This document shows, piece by piece, positions 41,381 to 51,816 of a stretch of 64,000 nucleotides of DNA. Under the pieces are notes generated by a model. The model saw only the letters and a list, made by a program, of their open reading frames with translations. It made no database searches and was not told the origin of the DNA. The stretch is from Candidatus Cloacimonadales bacterium (GTDB taxonomy: Bacteria; Cloacimonadota; Cloacimonadia; Cloacimonadales; JAIOQZ01): NCBI GenBank assembly GCA_963674825.1, contig OY771587.1:1152001-1216000 (forward strand), given 5' to 3'. A program made the position numbers and the translations under genes. Within the stretch, counting starts at the first letter, position 1, and each line of letters begins with the position of its first letter.

Positions 41381-42961
41381 TTACAGCTCATTCTCGAGCA
41401 ATTCGATCGCCTTTTCGATATCGATATAAGCAACCTTGTCTGTCTCCCAGAACTCCACGCCCTTCTCACGCAGCTTCTTGTAGATACGCAGGGTTTCGTT
41501 TCCGAAGAGCTCATCGGCTGTCTGTCCCTTGAATTCATCGTCAATGCGGAGTCGCATATCCAGCGCTTGGCAGGCGGTGATATATTCGATGGCGATGATG
41601 CGTTTCACATTCTCGAGGATTTCCCGGAACTGGCGTGCCGAGATCGGGCCCATGGAAACGTGGTCTTCCATATCTTCGCTGGTAGGAATCGAATCGACGC
41701 AAGCCGGATGCGCGAGCACTTTGTTTTCTGAAGCAAGCGCTGCCGCCGTGTATTGCAGGATCATCACGCCGCTCTGCAATCCGGGATCGCTGGTGAGCAT
41801 GCTGGGAAGCCCATGACTGATATATTGCGAGGTAAGCTTGAAGATACGCCGCTCGGAGATATTGCCCAGCTCCGCCATGGCAATCTTCATGAAGTCGCTG
41901 GCAAGCGCGATCGGCTCACCGTGGAAATTACCACCGGACAGGAAAGTCTTGCCATCCTCAGCGTCCGGGATAATGAGTGGATTATCGGTAACAGCATTGG
42001 CTTCACGTTCGATGATCGGCGCTGCGAGATCGATACTGGCCTTGATCGGGCCCACGACCTGCGGGAAGCAACGAAGCGAATAGCTGTCCTGCACCTCGCC
42101 CTGACGCGAATCGATCAGCTTGCTACCGCTATAGTATTCTCGAACCTGCTGGGCGATAAGCTGTTGCCCTTTCTGGCGGCGCAGCTCGTGAATGCGCGGA
42201 TGGAACGCGTCAGAAACACCGCGAAGCGCTTCCAGAGAAGCCGTAAAGACCTTCACAGCATTATCAAGCAGCGTACGAGCATCGCAGACAGCGAGTACCG
42301 CAATCGCGGTCATCATGTTGGTTCCGTTGTTGAGCGCCAGACCTTCTTTCGCGTCCAGAACGACCCGTTCGATACCGGCGTTGCGCATGGCTTCACTACC
42401 AGGAATGGTACGCACACGGAAGTCGTCGCGATGGCGATTCTCTTCCACGATCACGCGACCGCTGCAATCGTCGCAGTCGTCGTCTTCATCGCAAGATAAA
42501 ACCAGCGCGATGTGCGAAAGCGGCGCGAGGTCACCACTGGCTCCGACGGATCCCTGCTCGGGGACCGCAGGATGAACACCCTTGTTGAGCATGTCGAGAA
42601 GCGTTTGCAGCGTGTTCAGCCGGATACCGGAGAAACCGCTCGAGAGCGAATTGGCACGCAGCAGCATCATGGCACGTACGACTTCCACCGGCAGGTATTT
42701 GCCAACGCCTGTGGAATGGCTGATAATCAGGTTACGTTGCAACTGACGAAGCTTATCCGCAGGGATACGCTTGTCCTTGAGTGCGCCGAACCCGGTGTTG
42801 ATGCCGTACACGACTTTTTTATCGCGGATGATGCGATCGACTTCCTCGCGGCAATGGAGTACGCGCTGTTTCGCTTCTTCCGTCAGCGCGACCTGCTCTC
42901 CTTCCCGCGCGACACGCCGAATCTCGTCCAATTTCAATGAGCGTCCATCTATATAGATCAT
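41381..42961 (-). CDS. hutH: Histidine ammonia-lyase
   Basis: VYGINTGFG, LIISH (HAL-type SH), GSVGASGDLAPL (MIO), KEGLALNNGT, QDSYSLRC, GGNFHGEP, EDHVSMG. Confidence 0.9.
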   Translation of the reverse strand: MIYIDGRSLKLDEIRRVAREGEQVALTEEAKQRVLHCREEVDRIIRDKKVVYGINTGFGALKDKRIPADKLRQLQRNLIISHSTGVGKYLPVEVVRAMMLLRANSLSSGFSGIRLNTLQTLLDMLNKGVHPAVPEQGSVGASGDLAPLSHIALVLSCDEDDDCDDCSGRVIVEENRHRDDFRVRTIPGSEAMRNAGIERVVLDAKEGLALNNGTNMMTAIAVLAVCDARTLLDNAVKVFTASLEALRGVSDAFHPRIHELRRQKGQQLIAQQVREYYSGSKLIDSRQGEVQDSYSLRCFPQVVGPIKASIDLAAPIIEREANAVTDNPLIIPDAEDGKTFLSGGNFHGEPIALASDFMKIAMAELGNISERRIFKLTSQYISHGLPSMLTSDPGLQSGVMILQYTAAALASENKVLAHPACVDSIPTSEDMEDHVSMGPISARQFREILENVKRIIAIEYITACQALDMRLRIDDEFKGQTADELFGNETLRIYKKLREKGVEFWETDKVAYIDIEKAIELLENEL

Positions 42962-43086
42962 GGTGTTACCGCCTTTTAGCTAATTTCTTGCAAAAATCTT
43001 CAGGGGCTTCATTGTGTCAATCAAAGTTCCTTGCGCGCGGTAAAAAATGCGGTGATATCATGCGAAATCGTACCTGAGCAAGAAGC

Positions 43087-45180
43087 CTACTTCAGCAATA
43101 GCATCTTCCGTGCGATAGCCCTTCCTCCGGCTTCCAGCCGGTACAGATAGATGCCCGACGACACGTTCTTGCCGGATTGGTTGTCGCCATTCCATACGGC
43201 CTTGTGCGATCCGGCTTCGAGGTGGTCGTTGACCAGCGTTTTTACCAACTGCCCTTTGATGTTGTACACCTTCAACTCGACCTTGTCATCCTTTGGGATC
43301 GAGTACGAGATCGTCGTGGTAGGATTGAACGGGTTGGGCGAGTTCTGCTCCATAGTGATGGTGTATTGCTGGATGAGGTTGTCGTAGTCGTGCGCGTCAA
43401 GGCTTTGCATGGTGATTTCGCGGTAGGTTGCCGCGCCCTGCTCCACCACGATGCCGCTGACCTGCTGGCCCTCGTAATACATGCGTTCCACATTGAGGGT
43501 GAAGGTACCGGGCCCGGTCAGAATGCGGAACCAACCGGTGCTGTCGCTCCACTCGGGGAACTGCACACCATCGACGGTGATTTTGGCGATATCCAGCGGT
43601 GTTTCACCGTCCTCTTCGTACACATAGCCCTCGATGCCACCCCAGAACGGCGCACCGTACTCGAATGCGCCGATATCGATGGTTGCGGTTCCGTCACCGT
43701 CGCCGTCCCACACACGGACGTTACCCAGGATGTCCGTGGGCGGGTAATCCCCATCCGGCATACCGGCATCGATGCACGGGCTACCCTCTGCCAGACTGTA
43801 GTCCCCGTTCAGCGTATCGGCGAACATCGGATCATCCCCGATGATGTTGCCGCCGCCGTCGGTGACATAATCAGGTAACGGGTGGTTCATGAAATTGTAG
43901 CTAAATATTGTTGTTGGACTGCCTGCGGGGATGATTTCATCGCCAGCGCACAGGATATTATTCATCACATTGAATTCGTGATCGCAAGATGCCAGGCAGC
44001 AATAAAAACCTGTCTGCAAGGTATTATTAAACATCGTGCAAGTTGCAATGGTTGGATAAATACTCAGGTATCCTGTGAATGTGTTGTTGAATATACTACT
44101 TGGATTGTCCGGCATGAAGAACTCATAATATTCATCCGGTCTGCACACCACATTATTGCATACAACCGTCGAATCGGCAGCATAATCACCAATAGCGACA
44201 TTACCAATAAAGATATTATCTGAAATGACATGAAAGCCTGAGCTAACGGTACCACCCGGGAAGCCTTCCAGTGGGTATGATACGTATGTTTTCCTGAAAT
44301 AACTCATATTATCGATTTCGCCTCCACCTCCACTTATGCCATTTATAATGTACTTTCCTCCATATACACACGTCATCGACTGATTTCTCTCGTTGTTAGC
44401 TTCATCTTCGAAATTATCATCGGAATCTGGAGAGTTATAATGATAATTGAATATCCATAATTTTATCCCGCCACCTCCATGATATATTTCGTTATAGCTT
44501 CTCGTGATATTGATAAGACGATTTCTTGCAATAATGATTTGCGGGGATGAACTATATTCCCAATCGGAGTAGCCATTGATGGCATCATAGTAAATATCGG
44601 TGGCGTATTGCCCCGGCTCCGTCTTTGTGAATGTGTTGCCGTAGATCATTACATCGCACGGCAGGTTCTGATACGTGATGCCAGCTTTGCAGTTCGTGAA
44701 AGTGCAGTATTTGATCCGGAAATCGCAGCCACGTACGCAAATACCGCCAACCGTTTTTGATCCGTCGGTGAACACATTGCGATACACGCCCATTAGTTCG
44801 CAGTATTCGAAAACCGGGGTATCCGCCGTTTCGTCAACAAAGATACCGCCCCAGGCAAAGCCTTCCGTATCTGGATTGCGGGTGAATGTGATCGGCTCGT
44901 CTTCGGTTCCGATCGCGACGATTTTTCCATATACATGAAAGATCTTCGCATGGGCTTCTCCGCTGTCCGTGACATAGAAAAGTCCGCTGGCTCCGGAGGG
45001 CATAGCTTTCATCAGGATTTCGCATCCTGGGAGAATGGTTAACGTAGCGCCTTCGAGCACATTGACGTTCTCATCGAAGATATACGGGTTATCCTCTGGA
45101 CCCCATGTCGTGTCTTCAGCAATGTCAAGAGCGTACAGGAGCGTGATTGAGAGCAGGATGAAAAACAGGGCTCGTTTCAT
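43087..45180 (-). CDS. Secreted beta-helix-like protein with carboxypeptidase-regulatory-like and FlgD-Ig/T9SS-like domains
   Basis: Signal peptide; GATLTILPG, DPMF…DYSL..GSPCIDAG…DIGAFE; QNSPNPFNP…KMLLLK. Confidence 0.82.
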   Translation of the reverse strand: MKRALFFILLSITLLYALDIAEDTTWGPEDNPYIFDENVNVLEGATLTILPGCEILMKAMPSGASGLFYVTDSGEAHAKIFHVYGKIVAIGTEDEPITFTRNPDTEGFAWGGIFVDETADTPVFEYCELMGVYRNVFTDGSKTVGGICVRGCDFRIKYCTFTNCKAGITYQNLPCDVMIYGNTFTKTEPGQYATDIYYDAINGYSDWEYSSSPQIIIARNRLINITRSYNEIYHGGGGIKLWIFNYHYNSPDSDDNFEDEANNERNQSMTCVYGGKYIINGISGGGGEIDNMSYFRKTYVSYPLEGFPGGTVSSGFHVISDNIFIGNVAIGDYAADSTVVCNNVVCRPDEYYEFFMPDNPSSIFNNTFTGYLSIYPTIATCTMFNNTLQTGFYCCLASCDHEFNVMNNILCAGDEIIPAGSPTTIFSYNFMNHPLPDYVTDGGGNIIGDDPMFADTLNGDYSLAEGSPCIDAGMPDGDYPPTDILGNVRVWDGDGDGTATIDIGAFEYGAPFWGGIEGYVYEEDGETPLDIAKITVDGVQFPEWSDSTGWFRILTGPGTFTLNVERMYYEGQQVSGIVVEQGAATYREITMQSLDAHDYDNLIQQYTITMEQNSPNPFNPTTTISYSIPKDDKVELKVYNIKGQLVKTLVNDHLEAGSHKAVWNGDNQSGKNVSSGIYLYRLEAGGRAIARKMLLLK

Positions 45181-45899
45181 TGGGGCCTCCTCAGATACTC
45201 CTCAATCGCAGCTCTACCAACAGGTACCATCATGTTTTCTTCGATGAAGCGCTTCAGATCTTGCACGGGTACAAAACGAATTTCTGTGTGTTCATCGGCG
45301 TCAAAGGCATGTGAAAGCCGGGTTCGGACGCACTGCTCATCGCAATCGAGCCGTGCCTGGAAGATCAGCTCCGGCTTTTTACCTCGGTTGCATACGCCCA
45401 GCGTGACGCATCGGATCGAAAGGATGTGGTCGTCGTCGATACCGGTTTCTTCCACAATCTCGCGCCTCATGAGCTGGTAGGGGTCGATGATATCCATATT
45501 GCCGCCGATCACGTGCCATAGTCCTGCCCCTTGTGCTTGCTGCGCGCTACGCTTGCCGAGAATGATCTTGTTATCGCTGGTAACGCAGACGCAGCACGCG
45601 GCCATGATATCGGCGCGGTCGTTGGGATCGGTGAGTTCCTGTGCATGGGTGGCGTTGGTGCCGATAAATGATTTGTAGTCGGTCTCATGCAACGTGAGAT
45701 GAAGCGTGCCGCCCTCAACGCTGCATGCGAGCAGACTGAAGGCGATCCCGTTGTAGAGGCCAGGATTCGCCGCCGTGGCTTTCTCCCACTCTCGCTCGAT
45801 CTGCTGTTCTATCGCCGGGCGGTAGGATCGTTTGCCTGGTTTGACGCTTACTTCGATGCGGATGAAATCACCCCGGTGAAGAAAGCGCCATTCGGTCAC
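45177..45899 (-). CDS. NUDIX hydrolase
   Basis: GG…RREIVEETGI Nudix box; P.LYNG N-terminal motif. Confidence 0.8.
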   Translation of the reverse strand: MTEWRFLHRGDFIRIEVSVKPGKRSYRPAIEQQIEREWEKATAANPGLYNGIAFSLLACSVEGGTLHLTLHETDYKSFIGTNATHAQELTDPNDRADIMAACCVCVTSDNKIILGKRSAQQAQGAGLWHVIGGNMDIIDPYQLMRREIVEETGIDDDHILSIRCVTLGVCNRGKKPELIFQARLDCDEQCVRTRLSHAFDADEHTEIRFVPVQDLKRFIEENMMVPVGRAAIEEYLRRPQ

Positions 45900-46609
45900 G
45901 ACTGTTTCCTGCTGCGACGCATCTTCTTGAGGATCAGTACAAACTCGCCTTTGGGTAGCCCTTCGGCAATAACCTGTAATTCAGACAGGTGACCCCAAAG
46001 TATCTTTTCTTCCGGATATGTCAGCTTCCAGGCTATCATCGCTTCTCGCTCTTCTCCAAGAACAGTCGCCATATCGCGAAGCAGTTGCTTAAGACGGTAT
46101 GGCGTATCGAGAAAAATCAAGGTCTCGCTGGTGCGAGCACGCAATTTTTTCAGCTCATCAATGCGCTCTTCGCGTTTTGCAGGCAGGAATCCGTAATACT
46201 GGAACCGCTTCGTATTTACACCACAAGCCATGAGCGCAGTCGTGAGAGATGACGCGCCCGGAACCGGAAAGACCGGGATGTTGTTCAGATGACACTCCCA
46301 GACGAGCCGGGTGCCTGGATCTTCGAACAGCGGTGTTCCGGCGTCGCTGATGAGAGCCAGCGCTTCGTTGCGGTTTTGCAGTCGCTCCACGAGGTCCACG
46401 GTGGCGCTGCGTTCGTTATGCTCGTTCAGCGGAACCAGCGGCTTCTTGATGTCGTACTGGCTCAGTGTGCGGCTTCCCGATTTATATTCCTCGCAGATAA
46501 CCGCGTCGGCTGCCTGGAGAACCTTCAATGCCCTGAGCGTGATGTCGTCCCGGTTTCCGATAGGAACCGCGACCACGTACAACCCGGGTGCTAATTTTTC
46601 ATCTGTCAT
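45896..46609 (-). CDS. rsmI: 16S rRNA C1402 2'-O-methyltransferase
   Basis: LYVVAVPIGN..DITLRAL, ISDAGTP…DPG, PGASS, GFLP, KLT..EE, KGEFVL. Confidence 0.9.
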   Translation of the reverse strand: MTDEKLAPGLYVVAVPIGNRDDITLRALKVLQAADAVICEEYKSGSRTLSQYDIKKPLVPLNEHNERSATVDLVERLQNRNEALALISDAGTPLFEDPGTRLVWECHLNNIPVFPVPGASSLTTALMACGVNTKRFQYYGFLPAKREERIDELKKLRARTSETLIFLDTPYRLKQLLRDMATVLGEEREAMIAWKLTYPEEKILWGHLSELQVIAEGLPKGEFVLILKKMRRSRKQS

Positions 46610-49029
46610 GATTCATCCTTTATCACAAATTCGGTCTTGCCGCCGTAGTTTTTTCTGTAAAACAGAAAAATACCCAGCAACGTAATGCCAGTAGCCAGGA
46701 GCAGTCCGATCAGGCTGATGGTCTTACTGATATGATAGACATCGGGGTCGAACTTCATTTCGATAGTGTGCTCACCTGCGGGAACTTCGATACCGCGCAG
46801 AATGTAGTCGGCAGGGTGGATTTCTACTGGTTGGCCGTCGATCCACGCTTTCCATCCGGCAGGATAGTAAATTTCGCTGATCACCAGGAACGCCGGTTTT
46901 TCGGTCTTCACTTGCATGGTCATAGACTGAAGCTGATAATCGGTGAGCACCACCGACGCACTATCCGGCTTTTGCATGCCCTGGATAGTTGATTCCACGA
47001 TAGCGATATGCGCTGGGTCCCAGGTGGGATCGTTCAACCTGCGGATAATCTGATCGGGTGTAGAAATGACCTCGAGCGAATCGGCAAACCACGCGCGCGG
47101 AAGATAATCTTTGTTCTTGTAAACCATCATCTTGTCGGCTTGATCATAGTAGGCATATTCGAGATTGTCCAGCGGCAGACGGTTATTAAAAAGTAAATAC
47201 TTGGTGTTGAGCATGTTGACGATGTTCCAGTTAATAGGAATACCGCTGTGAATCTCCACATTCAGACTCTGCTCGATCACATCACGATATCGGCTCAGCT
47301 TGGAGGGATGGTATCCACCGATGGATTGATGATAAGCCGTCCAGCGGTTATCGCTGAATCCGGCTCCGAGGGGGTATATACGGAATACTTCCGGGTCATT
47401 CAGGAGAAATTCGTCGGCTGCTGTTTTCTCCAGCTTAGCAACAGTTTTTTCCTTGGTGATGAGACCATTGGGGTTGTCTTTCGATTTCTTCTGCAGGAAC
47501 TCCGCATTAGCGATGAGTAGGTCTAGAACCACCAGGATCGCGATCAACCACAGATAGGAATACTTACCCAACTTTTTGCCCAGCATGATCCAGGTTGCAC
47601 CAAGGAATGCGATGGCGAACAGGAAGGATGTCAGGCCACTCGACATAAGCATATCGAGGCGGGTCTGCCGGATGCTCTTGAGCTGATCGGCGCTGTATCG
47701 AGATAATTCATATGCGCTTGCGAGGTTCATCTTCGCAAACGAGCCCTTCATAAGGAAAAAGATGATCATCAATCCGGCAGTGGCGATCAACGCGCGCAGG
47801 ATGTTCTTGCGGAAGCGTTTGCTGTCTTTCTCGCGCATCTCCAGTATGATCTTGAGTCCCTTCGCAGCCAGCACCACGATGCAGAACTCCAGCAGAATCA
47901 GGATCATGGCAGGTACGCGGAATTTATTGAAGTAGGGGAGATAATCCAGCATGAGTCGTGAAAGCAGCCCGAAATGACGCCCGAACGAGACCATTAGAGA
48001 CATCGCCGAAACCGAGATCAAGATCCAGGTAAGCCGGTCACGACGTGTTACGATGGCGATAATCGCCAGGATGAGGATGATGGTTCCCATGTAGAGCGAA
48101 GTCTGGGTGGAAGGCATCCAGCCCCAGTAGTAAGGCGAAACGCCGCCGAAGAATTTCGGGATGAAGAACGAAAGCATCTCGGCGGGATGGAACGACCAGC
48201 TTTGGGCGTAGTCGGTGGAGAGGCCTTCTTTTCCGCGAATGGAGTAATCAGAGTATTCCCGGGTCGAAAGGTAGGGATTCATGACCGCTGAGATCGAAAC
48301 GATCGCCGCAAAGAGCAGCATGCCCGAGAAGATGAGGAACGGTTTGAGGTTCTTGTCACGGATCGACCAGATCAGGTGCAGAACCCAGAAAACACCGATC
48401 ATCATCCAGGTGTAGTAGACGACCTGCGGATGGTTTTCACGTAACTGACCGATCAGCATCACCATCAGAAGCCCCAGCGAGAGCACGCTGCGGTGACGGC
48501 GCATGTATTCGAGGGTGAGGAAGATCCACGGAACGAACATGGCCGCGCGGAACTTGGTGTTGTGTCCGATATCCAGAAGCCCGAGGAAGTGCGACGACAG
48601 CGCAAAGGCGATACCGCCCGTAAACGCGATGATCGGTTCGAATCCGAGCATGATCAAGAGCAGATAGACACCGATCCCCCCTGCGATCATCATGAGAACG
48701 CGCCAACTGATGATATGCCCCAGGATGTCGCGTATGGTGTCGATGAAGGGGAACTTCGCCGGAAGATGGATCAGATAGCCCGGCATTCCCGAAAAGACGT
48801 TGGGATTCCAGAGTGCCTTGTCCTTATGCGTTTCGTTGTAATCCATCATCGGTTGCGCGGTGTACCGCCACTGCTGAGTGTCCTGCGCTTGCGGCACGTA
48901 ACCTTGAAACGCCACAGGGAAAAACCTGATAATCAGGATAAGCGCAATGGCTACGCCAAAGAGAATGTATGCGTATTTGCTTTTGTAGAATCGGTTCATG
49001 GTTTCGTGTAGTCGTTCGATACCGGTCAT
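46606..49029 (-). CDS. YfhO-family (GT-C type) multi-pass membrane protein
   Basis: LWNPNVFSGMP, GH.TK, HPQVVYY, NKFRVP, SIGGYH, LVISEIYYPAGWKA.IDG. Confidence 0.82.
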   Translation of the reverse strand: MTGIERLHETMNRFYKSKYAYILFGVAIALILIIRFFPVAFQGYVPQAQDTQQWRYTAQPMMDYNETHKDKALWNPNVFSGMPGYLIHLPAKFPFIDTIRDILGHIISWRVLMMIAGGIGVYLLLIMLGFEPIIAFTGGIAFALSSHFLGLLDIGHNTKFRAAMFVPWIFLTLEYMRRHRSVLSLGLLMVMLIGQLRENHPQVVYYTWMMIGVFWVLHLIWSIRDKNLKPFLIFSGMLLFAAIVSISAVMNPYLSTREYSDYSIRGKEGLSTDYAQSWSFHPAEMLSFFIPKFFGGVSPYYWGWMPSTQTSLYMGTIILILAIIAIVTRRDRLTWILISVSAMSLMVSFGRHFGLLSRLMLDYLPYFNKFRVPAMILILLEFCIVVLAAKGLKIILEMREKDSKRFRKNILRALIATAGLMIIFFLMKGSFAKMNLASAYELSRYSADQLKSIRQTRLDMLMSSGLTSFLFAIAFLGATWIMLGKKLGKYSYLWLIAILVVLDLLIANAEFLQKKSKDNPNGLITKEKTVAKLEKTAADEFLLNDPEVFRIYPLGAGFSDNRWTAYHQSIGGYHPSKLSRYRDVIEQSLNVEIHSGIPINWNIVNMLNTKYLLFNNRLPLDNLEYAYYDQADKMMVYKNKDYLPRAWFADSLEVISTPDQIIRRLNDPTWDPAHIAIVESTIQGMQKPDSASVVLTDYQLQSMTMQVKTEKPAFLVISEIYYPAGWKAWIDGQPVEIHPADYILRGIEVPAGEHTIEMKFDPDVYHISKTISLIGLLLATGITLLGIFLFYRKNYGGKTEFVIKDES

Positions 49030-49271
49030 ATTTTCCTCGTCTCATCATATTATTCTGTCACATGAACGAATACAGAGTGCGGGATAATCAGGTCAATGAA
49101 AATTTGAGCAGGCACATCTTGTATCCTCGTTGGATATCCGGGAGATAACGTTCTGAAACGATGATTCAACAAAGCTGATGTGAATTCATGACGCATCGTT
49201 GTAAAAGATATTTCCCTTGACCCGAATCGCTTCATTCGATAACCTATTCCAATTGAAAATCAGGTGGAATT

Positions 49272-50087
49272 ATGAAAATCGATTTACATACACACACCAG
49301 CTATTCGGATGGTAAATTGCATCCGGAAGAACTGGTGAAACTATACGCCGAGCAGGGATTCGATATTCTCGCGATCACCGATCACGATAACATCGATGCC
49401 TTCAAGCCGGCCATGAAAGCCGCCAGGGAGCACGGCATCGAGCTGATTCCCGGTGTGGAAATCAGCACTCTCTTCCAGGGACGAGACCTCCACATCCTGG
49501 GCTACTACGTAGAACAAAATAAAGAACTGCTCGAGCTGCTCGATTTTATTCGCAACGAACGTGTTTACCGCGCGAAAAAGATACTGGCGCTGCTCAAGGA
49601 GCACTTCGATATCGAACTCGAGATGGACAGACTCTTCGAAATCAGCGGAACCAAAGATGTCATCGGTAGGCCACATATCGCACGCGCGATCGTGGAAAAA
49701 GGTTATTGTAAGACGCAGCAAGACGCTTTCGACAACTATATCGGCGACAACTGCCCGGCAAACCTGCCCAAGCAGAGCGTCACGCCCGAAGAAGCCATCG
49801 CGATCATCAAGCGTGCGGATGGCATCTCTGTCATGGCTCATCCAATCTATTCCGGCGGTATCACCAACATCAAAGCGATGATTAAAGCAGGTATCCAGGG
49901 CGTCGAAATTTATTACCCCGGACAGGAAGGCTGCACAGACTATATGCGACTCGTGGGTAAGCATGATCTGCTCTGTACCGGTGGGAGCGACTTCCATGGC
50001 TTTACGGATGATTATAAAGTCCTGATGGATTTCGAAGTACCGATTTCTTGTGTAACTGAACTGAAGAAATACAAAGGAGTGAAATGA
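49272..50087 (+). CDS. PHP domain phosphoesterase
   Basis: DLHTHT.YSDG, ITDHD, GVEIS, GRPHIA, AHP, GGSDFHG. Confidence 0.92.
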   Translation: MKIDLHTHTSYSDGKLHPEELVKLYAEQGFDILAITDHDNIDAFKPAMKAAREHGIELIPGVEISTLFQGRDLHILGYYVEQNKELLELLDFIRNERVYRAKKILALLKEHFDIELEMDRLFEISGTKDVIGRPHIARAIVEKGYCKTQQDAFDNYIGDNCPANLPKQSVTPEEAIAIIKRADGISVMAHPIYSGGITNIKAMIKAGIQGVEIYYPGQEGCTDYMRLVGKHDLLCTGGSDFHGFTDDYKVLMDFEVPISCVTELKKYKGVK

Positions 50088-50578
50088 TGCCAGAACAGAA
50101 AGTCTTTCGCTTCAACCAGTTCGTACGCTGGCTGGTTCTGTTTTTCGCTGTCGCGGCAATGCTATACGCGATCTGGGTGGCGATTAATAAAATCAGTGCA
50201 GAAACCAGCATGTTTTACAAGATTGTGCCGTTTGCAGTGATCTTTCTGGCAATCAATACCATCATCAAGAACTTGTTCAGCATCAATACGGTGCGGCTTA
50301 CGAAGGAGGACATCCGATTCGGCTATATAGGTCGAGGAAAAGTCGTGATTCCGTGGAGCGCGCTCAAGAAAATGGAGTTCGTCACCTCGAAGCAACGCCT
50401 GATCAGGTTTACATACGAGAAAAACGGCAGGGACACACTGTTTGTCTTCACTTCCGCATTCCCTAAAATCCTGGATATCCTTAACGGAATCCTTGCCAAA
50501 CGTCCCGACATCGAACTGGATGATTTCCTGGATAAGGTGCTGGTTAAAACCGGCCCGTATGAGAAGGTGGAAGATTAA
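50084..50578 (+). CDS. Hypothetical membrane protein (2 TM plus soluble domain)
   Basis: ATGA overlap with the PHP gene; two hydrophobic helices. Confidence 0.7.
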   Translation: MMPEQKVFRFNQFVRWLVLFFAVAAMLYAIWVAINKISAETSMFYKIVPFAVIFLAINTIIKNLFSINTVRLTKEDIRFGYIGRGKVVIPWSALKKMEFVTSKQRLIRFTYEKNGRDTLFVFTSAFPKILDILNGILAKRPDIELDDFLDKVLVKTGPYEKVED

Positions 50579-50583
50579 GTAAT

Positions 50584-50613
50584 GAGTTACGAGTTACGAG
50601 TTACATGTTGCGA
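50584..50613 (+). repeat. Heptamer tandem repeat (GAGTTAC)3 plus a degenerate unit
   Basis: gagttac gagttac gagttac atgttgc. Confidence 0.8.
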
Positions 50614-50654
50614 GAAAGAGAAGCAAGATAATCCACAAAAACTCGTAGTCAAGA

Positions 50655-50701
50655 CCTCTCAGCTCCCGCGCCCATATACGGGAGAAGGTTGGGGTAAAGG
50701 C
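50655..50701. repeat. Degenerate CTCCCG…CGGGAGAAGGTTGGGGTAAAGG repeat
   Basis: Inverse of the related unit CCCTCATCCCCCGCCTTCTCCCGCAAGCGG at 54516-54558. Confidence 0.5.
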
Positions 50702-50712
50702 ACTCTAATCCC

Positions 50713-51816
50713 ATGCGCATCGGATTTTTAGGTCCAGCCCACCCGATCCGGGGTGGAATCGCGCAATTCATCGCCATCCTGGCCGAACGGCTTCAAAAGC
50801 GCGGCCATATAATAAAAACCTTCTCGTTTCATCGGCAATATCCCAAGCTGCTGTTTCCCGGCAAGGAGCAGATCGATCACAGCGAGAAGCGCATCGAGTT
50901 GGATATCGAGGCGGTAGTCACACCCTACAATCCGCTGACCTGGTGCGGTGCTGTACGAAAGATCAAGCGCTGGAACCCCGACGTGTTGATCATGAAATAC
51001 TGGATCCCCTTCTTCGCGCCGCTCTATGCCTGGATCGTGCGCAGATTGACCGGAACAAGAATCATATTCGTCATCGACAATATCGACTTCCACGAGAAGT
51101 GGATCGCCGGCAATCTCCTGACCCGGCTCGCGCTGGGAAAAGCCGATTATCTCATCACTATGTCCGACACGGTTCAGAAATCAGCCGCGAAGGTGCTTCC
51201 CAAGTTTCCACCCAAACGGATTATACCGCTCTTTCATCCCAACTATGATTTTTACGCGGAGAATATCCCGCAGGATAAAGCTCGTGAGTATTTCGGCCTG
51301 AAGAATGAGAAAGTGCTCCTCTTCTTCGGCTACATCAAGCACTATAAGGGGCTCGACATCCTCCTGGACGCGATGAAGCATCTACCGGATTGCATGCTGC
51401 TTATCGCGGGAGAAGTCTATGGCGATGCGGCTGTGTACGAGGAGAAAGTAGCGAATCTAGGCAAGCGGGTGCAGTTCCACAACCGGTTTATCCGCAACGA
51501 AGAGGTACCTCTCTTCTTCAACGCCTCGGACGTGGTGGTTCTTCCTTATCGCAGTGCCACACAGAGCGGTATCACACAGCTTGCCTTTGCTTTCGACAAA
51601 CCGGTTATCGCAACCGATGTAGGCGGACTCTCCGAGGTTATTCACAATGGAGAGAACGGCTACCTGGTGCAGCCAGATAATCCTGAAGCTATTGCCGGAG
51701 CCGTGAGGAGATTTTACGATAACAACGACGGCGAGAAGTTCGCTGAGACCATCCGAAAGGAGAAGGCGAAGTACGACTGGGAGCCGTTTGTTGACGAATT
51801 GGAGAAGCTATTGTGA
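50713..51816 (+). CDS. Glycosyltransferase family 4
   Basis: RGGIAQF, LFFGYIKHYKGLD, SDVVVLPY.SATQSG, PVIATDVGGL.E. Confidence 0.92.
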   Translation: MRIGFLGPAHPIRGGIAQFIAILAERLQKRGHIIKTFSFHRQYPKLLFPGKEQIDHSEKRIELDIEAVVTPYNPLTWCGAVRKIKRWNPDVLIMKYWIPFFAPLYAWIVRRLTGTRIIFVIDNIDFHEKWIAGNLLTRLALGKADYLITMSDTVQKSAAKVLPKFPPKRIIPLFHPNYDFYAENIPQDKAREYFGLKNEKVLLFFGYIKHYKGLDILLDAMKHLPDCMLLIAGEVYGDAAVYEEKVANLGKRVQFHNRFIRNEEVPLFFNASDVVVLPYRSATQSGITQLAFAFDKPVIATDVGGLSEVIHNGENGYLVQPDNPEAIAGAVRRFYDNNDGEKFAETIRKEKAKYDWEPFVDELEKLL

